This document shows positions 58,297-64,000 of a stretch of 64,000 bases of DNA, one piece after another. The first letter of the stretch is position 1. Every line of letters begins with the position of its first letter. The notes beneath the pieces were generated by a model. That model saw only the letters and a program-made list of their open reading frames with translations. It did no database searches and was not told the origin of the DNA. The stretch comes from Ignavibacteriae bacterium HGW-Ignavibacteriae-1 (GTDB taxonomy: Bacteria; Bacteroidota; Ignavibacteria; Kapaibacteriales; UBA2268): contig PGYU01000013.1 in assembly GCA_002839825.1 (NCBI GenBank), forward strand, positions 1,920-65,919, written 5' to 3'. A program made the position numbers and the translations under genes.

Positions 58297-58411
58297 GGAG
58301 GATTAGTTTAAGAAGCCATTCATCAAGCATGACAAATGAAACTAAAATATTCATAAATCGTCTAATAAATTAGCGTCATAAATTATGGTGTTTAATTTTT
58401 TTGGAGGATTT

Positions 58412-59140
58412 ATGAAATGGATTTTATTTGCATTTATAGCCGCTTTTTTCGCGGTTTCTTGCTCGGATACTTCTAACAATCCGCAAGGCAACAGGGTTGT
58501 TTTAAGTTCTGCTATGACAGAGTCCAACGTAAGTTCGATGGTTCACAAGAGCTCTGACGCTGTTCAAAGCGCAGAGTATGCAGACTCACTCCTGATAACT
58601 GACTTTAAGATGTTGATTTCAAGAGTTAAGTTTCACGGAGGAAACACTACTTCTAACGACACAACTTTTGATGAAAGTAAAGGACTTCAATTTGTGACCG
58701 GAGCTTTTGTTGTTCGTTCGGATTCGAATAATTCTGGGGTTGTTTTCGCTGATGCCTCTTTAAAAGAAGGAACGTATAACAAGATTAAGATAGAAATGCA
58801 CAGATTATCCCCTTCAGACCTTGTGAATTATCTTACTAAGCCGTACTTCAGTGATTTTGCTACTTCGGACCGCCACACAATCGCTGTCAGAGGTAAGTAT
58901 TACCAAAATGGCGAAGCATTTGATTTCACGTACTTTTCTAATGTTGTGTTGAATTTCACATTCAATCTCGATCCACCGATTACAATTGATGATTCAGGGG
59001 AGTATAGATATGAATTCGCTTTCGACCCTGCAATTATGTTTACAGAATCTAACGGTAGTATTTTTGTACCGAGCATGTTAACTTATCGTGATAAAATCGA
59101 AAAGAATATAAAAGCCAGCTTCAAATTGAAAAAGAAATGA
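58412..59140 (+). CDS. Hypothetical lipoprotein (DUF4382-like)
   Basis: GGAGG RBS before ATG 58412, lipobox FAVSC and GTYNKIKIEM motif. Confidence 0.6.
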   Translation: MKWILFAFIAAFFAVSCSDTSNNPQGNRVVLSSAMTESNVSSMVHKSSDAVQSAEYADSLLITDFKMLISRVKFHGGNTTSNDTTFDESKGLQFVTGAFVVRSDSNNSGVVFADASLKEGTYNKIKIEMHRLSPSDLVNYLTKPYFSDFATSDRHTIAVRGKYYQNGEAFDFTYFSNVVLNFTFNLDPPITIDDSGEYRYEFAFDPAIMFTESNGSIFVPSMLTYRDKIEKNIKASFKLKKK

Positions 59141-59189
59141 TGCGATTAAAGATTGAAAAGAACAATCTGAAGGCTTTTTAAATATACAT

Positions 59190-59224
59190 AAATGTCCTAC
59201 GCTCCAAAGTGTAGGGCATTTTTT
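59190..59224 (+). terminator. Intrinsic terminator
   Basis: AATGTCCTACGCT-ccaa-AGTGTAGGGCATT followed by a T run. Confidence 0.75.
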
Positions 59225-59359
59225 GTATTAGGACTGAACTCTAGACTAATAATTGACTCTCATTTCGCATATTGTATAATGAAATTCATCTAAAAGCTAT
59301 CATTTTGCATTTAATTCGTACTTTCGTACAATGATGTAAAACGTTATTGTTAGGAAAAT

Positions 59360-60013
59360 ATGAAAACGTTTCTGTTACTATTATGCTTATTCTTCTCCTC
59401 CTTCGATGCTATTGCCCAACAGGATAGTACCAAAATCAGCTTCAGACTGGTCGAAGACGAGGATTTGTTAATGGCAAATGAATTGAATGGAATCCAGATG
59501 CTTGCAATTGTTTGCAATGATACCAATATGAAAGGCAAAAGATTTTTACTGACTTATGATGAGTATAAAGACGGCAAATTTAGCTATACTGATGATTTGG
59601 GCTTTGATTGTGTGGACCAGAAGTACACTTTTGTCGTTGAAAATGATACAATGATTTATTATATCAATTACTGTGACGAAGTAGCATATTCAGATGTTTC
59701 TAAAGAATATTCCATCAGAATTGGCGGTAAATTGGAAAATGACACATTCAATATGAGGATAAATTACCAAAGTATGAAAATGATGAAGGTTCTTGATGGC
59801 GGTGCACAATATTTGTTACGAGAATTGAAACATAAAGATGGTGGCAATCCGATAGCAATTGGCAAACGCACTCCGATTTTCACATATTCTCCGCCTTATG
59901 ATACCGGCTCAGGATTGAATCATTACTGCATTCTGAATCACGAACCTCCTGAAATATGGAGTGAGAAGTATAATTTGGAGCATTTTTATGTGTTTTATCT
60001 GGAAATCAAGTAG
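59360..60013 (+). CDS. Hypothetical exported protein
   Basis: Sec signal peptide ending AIA-Q; 217-aa ORF. Confidence 0.65.
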   Translation: MKTFLLLLCLFFSSFDAIAQQDSTKISFRLVEDEDLLMANELNGIQMLAIVCNDTNMKGKRFLLTYDEYKDGKFSYTDDLGFDCVDQKYTFVVENDTMIYYINYCDEVAYSDVSKEYSIRIGGKLENDTFNMRINYQSMKMMKVLDGGAQYLLRELKHKDGGNPIAIGKRTPIFTYSPPYDTGSGLNHYCILNHEPPEIWSEKYNLEHFYVFYLEIK

Positions 60014-60251
60014 CATTGTGATTGTTAAGTATATTCGTATTTGAAATATTTTTCGTTTCTTCATGATTTCTTCACAATAACATTTTGTTGGATTCGTAAG
60101 AGTAGCTATGTTGAAAGCAAAGCAAATAAATTTTTCTTTTTCTAAAGCCAATTTCCGATTGAGCTTGTTCCGGAAAGATATTGCAAACCTTTTTGGAGGG
60201 TATATCTGCTAAGGTAGTACCTTATTTTGTATATATTCGGGACATGGTTAT

Positions 60252-62603
60252 ATGTATGCTTATCTGAAAAATAGCTTATTGCTGTCTTTGATTTTCACTC
60301 TCTTTTTATCAATCTCCACATACTCTCAAGCTCTATTCATCAACGAAATGATGTCGTCAAATAGTGGTTTTTACTTTGATGAAGATGGTGACGATAGCGA
60401 TTGGATTGAGATTTATAATAATACATCATCACCAATCAATTTGTTGGGATATTGCCTTACGGACAAAAGCAAAGAACTCCAAAGATGGTGTTTCCCGGAT
60501 ACTACAATAGGGGCATACGCTTATCTTGTTGTATTTGCATCAAACAAAGACCGTGCAATAAAGGGAGCCGAATTACACACAAATTTTGCAATTTCAGCCG
60601 CTGGTGAGGACTTATTCTTGACTTTTAATGACGAAATCGTTCATATGCTGCCGGAAATTGAACTCCAATCAAATCATAGTTATGGATTGTTTCCCGACGC
60701 AAGTAGTGAATTACAAGTATTTTCAATCCCTACACCGGGCGAAACTAATTGGTATCAAGCACCGTTTGAAGAGCTAAGTTTCTCGCATCGCGGTGGCATT
60801 TACGATGAAACCTTCGTCTTAACTTTAGAAAACAAGCGTCAAGAGAATAAAATACATTATACAACTGATGGAAATGACCCTACTCCGGCTTCAATTTTGT
60901 ATGAGGCGCCATTGATTATGGACTCACGATTGCACTCGCAAAAAAACATCTCGCAAATTCTAATGTCACCGCCTGATTTATACAATCCGCCGCCTATAGA
61001 ATCCGTACCCAAAGCTATTATTATCAAAGCGGCGGTTTACAATTCTACAGGTGACAGAGTCAGCGATGTAATCACACACTCGTATTTCATTAAGGAACTT
61101 GGAATTAATCATAATAATTTACCAATCGTATCATTGAGTATTCAACATGAAGATTTGTTCGACTATGAAACAGGTATTATGGTTCCGGGTGTACATTGGG
61201 ATTCAACAAATATCTTATGGAGTGGCAATTATTGGGGTCGGGGAGACGAATGGGAACGTTCAGCATTTGTCGAATTATACGAACCGGATAATTCTGTAGG
61301 TTTTTCTCAAAATATTGGTTTGAGAATGCACGGTAATATAGTGAGAGTTTATCCTCAAAAAGGATTTAGAATGTATGCTCGAAGTTCGTATGGAAAAGAT
61401 ATAATTAGATATAAGTTATTCGACGAAAGAAAAACAACTGATTTTAAAAGGCTCATACTCAAACCTTTTTCATCTTCGGGAAGGGAGACAGGCATTGAGA
61501 ATTTCCTTGCCAATAAATTTGCAGAGCAATTAAATATTGATGTCGGGGCGTCAAGACCTGTAATATTGTATTTGAATGGCGAATATTGGGGGATTTACTA
61601 TATCTATGAAAGAGTTGATGAACATTTTATTTCAACCTACAATGATACTAATACTGATAGTGTAGATGTTATTAGCGATTATACAGGCTTTGCTGCTGAA
61701 GGAAGCGGTGAGGACTATTTGAAATTAAATAATTTTATTGAAAATCATGATTTGACTGTGTCCGATAACTATAATATCGTAAAGGATTGGATTGATATTA
61801 ATAGTTTCATTGATTATCTATTACTAAATATCTATCTTGCCAATAATGATTGGCCCGTTCAAAATATGAAATGTTGGCGTTCGCAAAGGGAAGGAAGCAA
61901 GTGGAGATGGGTGGTTTATGATAGCGACGCCGCTTTGATTTATCTGGATTACAATATGTTTCATCACTCATTAAACACAGATAGAGATATTTGGAGTGCA
62001 CCACCTGTTGCAACTTTGTTCTTTCGTAAATTGATGGACAATGAAGATTTTAGATCTCAATTTTTTCATAGGTTTGAATTTGTAATTAATAACTATTTAA
62101 ATTACAATAATACGGTTTTAAATTTTCGAGATGCCATTGATGCATTAAAATATGAAATTAAAGGACAAGGAGTGCGTTTTGGAAATCCAAAATCTTATGA
62201 AGATTGGGAAGTAAATATTGGCAATGTAAATCGCTTTCTTCAAAATAGAAGCTGTATTGTAAAAGCCCACGCACTTGATACTTTCAGTATCCACTTAAAT
62301 CTTATCGAATGTACTCCGGATAATGTTGAAGGTGATGTAGCCTATGGTCAGAATTTCGGCATTGCTCCCAATCCATCATCGGGTAGTTTTAGAATCGAGT
62401 TCACGCCTCAAAATTCCGGCAATTTTGAATTTTATCTTTTGAACATGTTAGGGCAGAAGATTCAGTTGGCAAATGAATACTTAAATGGCGGGATTTCGCA
62501 TAGTGCATTTCACAATATTGATGCACCGGCAGGAGTTTACCATTTGGTAATCCAAGGTGAGAATGAAAATCAAGTGGAAAAAATTGTTATAAGTAATGAA
62601 TAG
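60252..62603 (+). CDS. CotH-family kinase with lamin-tail domain, FN3-associated/chitobiase-like domain and T9SS sorting domain
   Basis: INEMMSSN..DWIEIYN (lamin tail), YTTDGNDP, WERSA, YLNGEYWGIY, NDWPVQN, WRWVVYDSD and APNPS CTD. Confidence 0.9.
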   Translation: MYAYLKNSLLLSLIFTLFLSISTYSQALFINEMMSSNSGFYFDEDGDDSDWIEIYNNTSSPINLLGYCLTDKSKELQRWCFPDTTIGAYAYLVVFASNKDRAIKGAELHTNFAISAAGEDLFLTFNDEIVHMLPEIELQSNHSYGLFPDASSELQVFSIPTPGETNWYQAPFEELSFSHRGGIYDETFVLTLENKRQENKIHYTTDGNDPTPASILYEAPLIMDSRLHSQKNISQILMSPPDLYNPPPIESVPKAIIIKAAVYNSTGDRVSDVITHSYFIKELGINHNNLPIVSLSIQHEDLFDYETGIMVPGVHWDSTNILWSGNYWGRGDEWERSAFVELYEPDNSVGFSQNIGLRMHGNIVRVYPQKGFRMYARSSYGKDIIRYKLFDERKTTDFKRLILKPFSSSGRETGIENFLANKFAEQLNIDVGASRPVILYLNGEYWGIYYIYERVDEHFISTYNDTNTDSVDVISDYTGFAAEGSGEDYLKLNNFIENHDLTVSDNYNIVKDWIDINSFIDYLLLNIYLANNDWPVQNMKCWRSQREGSKWRWVVYDSDAALIYLDYNMFHHSLNTDRDIWSAPPVATLFFRKLMDNEDFRSQFFHRFEFVINNYLNYNNTVLNFRDAIDALKYEIKGQGVRFGNPKSYEDWEVNIGNVNRFLQNRSCIVKAHALDTFSIHLNLIECTPDNVEGDVAYGQNFGIAPNPSSGSFRIEFTPQNSGNFEFYLLNMLGQKIQLANEYLNGGISHSAFHNIDAPAGVYHLVIQGENENQVEKIVISNE

Positions 62604-62605
62604 CT

Positions 62606-63151
62606 ATGATAAATTCGCATTTCATAAAGCAAATTGACGAAATCACTAATGAATATAAATCGAAATTCGCTCATCTATCTAAAGATGAATTGAATTGGAA
62701 ACCTGACAGTTCGGTTTGGAGCATCGCACAGAATATAGACCATTTGATTGTAATCAATAGTACATATTTCCCGATAATAGCTGAAATTCGGAATGGTAGC
62801 TACCAATTGCCTTTTGTTGCAAAGTTCGCTTTTCTTGTGAATATCTTTGGCAGAGCAATTTTGAAATCCGTCCAAGCTGACCGACGACGAAAAATGAAAA
62901 CTTTCACGATTTGGGAACCTTCAAAAAGCGAAATCGCCGACGATATCTTAATCCTATTTGAAACGCACCAGACGGAGTTGAAAAATATAATTAAAGAATC
63001 AACGGATTTAATCAAACGTGGTACTGTGATTTCATCGCCTGCTAATAAAATGGTTGTGTATAAATTGGATACAGCCTTCCAAATCATAATTACTCACGAA
63101 CGCCGCCATCTGGAGCAGGCAAAAGAATTACTCGAACTGATGCCTAAGTAA
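62606..63151 (+). CDS. DinB-family protein
   Basis: WKP..WSIAQNIDHL and HERRHLEQA. Confidence 0.88.
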   Translation: MINSHFIKQIDEITNEYKSKFAHLSKDELNWKPDSSVWSIAQNIDHLIVINSTYFPIIAEIRNGSYQLPFVAKFAFLVNIFGRAILKSVQADRRRKMKTFTIWEPSKSEIADDILILFETHQTELKNIIKESTDLIKRGTVISSPANKMVVYKLDTAFQIIITHERRHLEQAKELLELMPK

Positions 63152-63273
63152 AAAATATAAAAATATTTAAAAATTCGGTAACAAAACACATTTTCCTGTG
63201 TCTATTTATATATACAGATTGTGATTTTTAAAAAGGTTTTTAATTTTTTGTTGAATAATTCGAGTGCACTATA

Positions 63274-64000
63274 ATGAAGACAAAGATTGTTACAATGTTA
63301 GCGTATGTAGCCCTGCTGCTGGTCCCTTATTTACTCCATGGCACTGATGAGCCTTCATTATCCGCTCATGATTGTGTTGATATGGAGTCCATCTACAATA
63401 TGTCTGAAGAAGCTAGAGCATATAGCCTTCAGTTGGAGGAATTCACTGCATGGCATATAAAAAATAATAATTCTTTGCTCGAATCTAAAACCATCATCAT
63501 TCCGGTTGTAGTCCATGTCTTTGGGACTGATTTTATAGGTAAAATTGTCAACGACGACATTATCAAGTTAGCTCTCCAAAAAACTAATGAAGATTTCAAG
63601 GGCTTGAATGATGATTTCGATGATGTTGACACACTATATTTAGGAAGACGCGGAGTGTTGAATATCGAATTTCGTTTGGCACGTATAGCTCCGGATGGCG
63701 AATCCACCACAGGAGTATTATATTACGATGACAAAGCAGGACTTGCCAAAACAGATCCGGCTATACATGAATTTATTGAGAGCATTGCATGGGACAATTA
63801 TAAATACATGAATGTTTATATTTGCTCTGATTTAATGGATGATGGTGCTACAAATAATTCAGGCTATGCTTGGTACCCTAACAAATATATGTCCGACCTT
63901 GGTATTGCTCGAGTGGTTTATAATGGCAGATATCTCTACGGGAATATTGATAAGGAATTTTCTTCTGTATTGACCCATGAATTCGGACACTGGCTGAATT
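63274..64000 (+). CDS. M43 (ulilysin/pappalysin-like) zinc metalloprotease, truncated by window end
   Basis: Not in the ORF track; translated by hand. MKTKIVTML signal, IIIPVVVHV, IEFRLA..PDG, WDNYKYMNVY and LTHEFGHWLN zinc motif. Confidence 0.9.
   Translation, partial: MKTKIVTMLAYVALLLVPYLLHGTDEPSLSAHDCVDMESIYNMSEEARAYSLQLEEFTAWHIKNNNSLLESKTIIIPVVVHVFGTDFIGKIVNDDIIKLALQKTNEDFKGLNDDFDDVDTLYLGRRGVLNIEFRLARIAPDGESTTGVLYYDDKAGLAKTDPAIHEFIESIAWDNYKYMNVYICSDLMDDGATNNSGYAWYPNKYMSDLGIARVVYNGRYLYGNIDKEFSSVLTHEFGHWLN

Noticed and set aside
60108-60212. 34-codon ORF upstream of the CotH gene
   Set aside because: No RBS or recognisable motif; cannot be distinguished from chance.
1640-63710. Numerous short ORFs antisense to or nested within long genes (e.g. 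1640..1930, 10814..11254, 23084..23566, 46930..47385, 63429..63710)
   Set aside because: They are shadows of well-supported genes on the other strand or frame, with no motifs of their own.

Overview
This is an AT-rich bacterial chromosomal window from the FCB group, most consistent with a Kapabacteria/Ignavibacteria-like organism (inferred from many T9SS C-terminal sorting domains, Bacteroidota-type TAnnTTTG promoters, GGAG ribosome-binding sites and flagellar remnants). Housekeeping genes include beta-carbonic anhydrase, tRNA-His, an RND efflux operon, mscS, polA, purN, rpoN, coaD, hrcA, manC, an ADP-forming acetate-CoA ligase and acs. Several secreted T9SS cargo proteins are also present. 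Four regions stand out. (1) A decaheme cytochrome-porin pair (MtrA/MtrB type, no MtrC) lies between two ~115-bp direct repeats that duplicate a terminator and the last 19 codons of the neighbouring gene, forming an integrase-free cassette that could excise without a scar. (2) A three-gene envelope operon encodes an outer-membrane barrel, a 2826-aa protein and an FN3-repeat protein. The giant protein appears to carry two very long coiled-coil hairpins inserted into one Ig-like domain, one of them packed with D-[ST]-x O-glycosylation sequons. (3) A frameshifted fliK plus a degenerate orphan flgD form a flagellar relic. (4) A 350-bp intergenic stretch is made of about eight short REP-like elements from roughly seven different families. 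All calls come from reading motifs by eye; no database searches were run.
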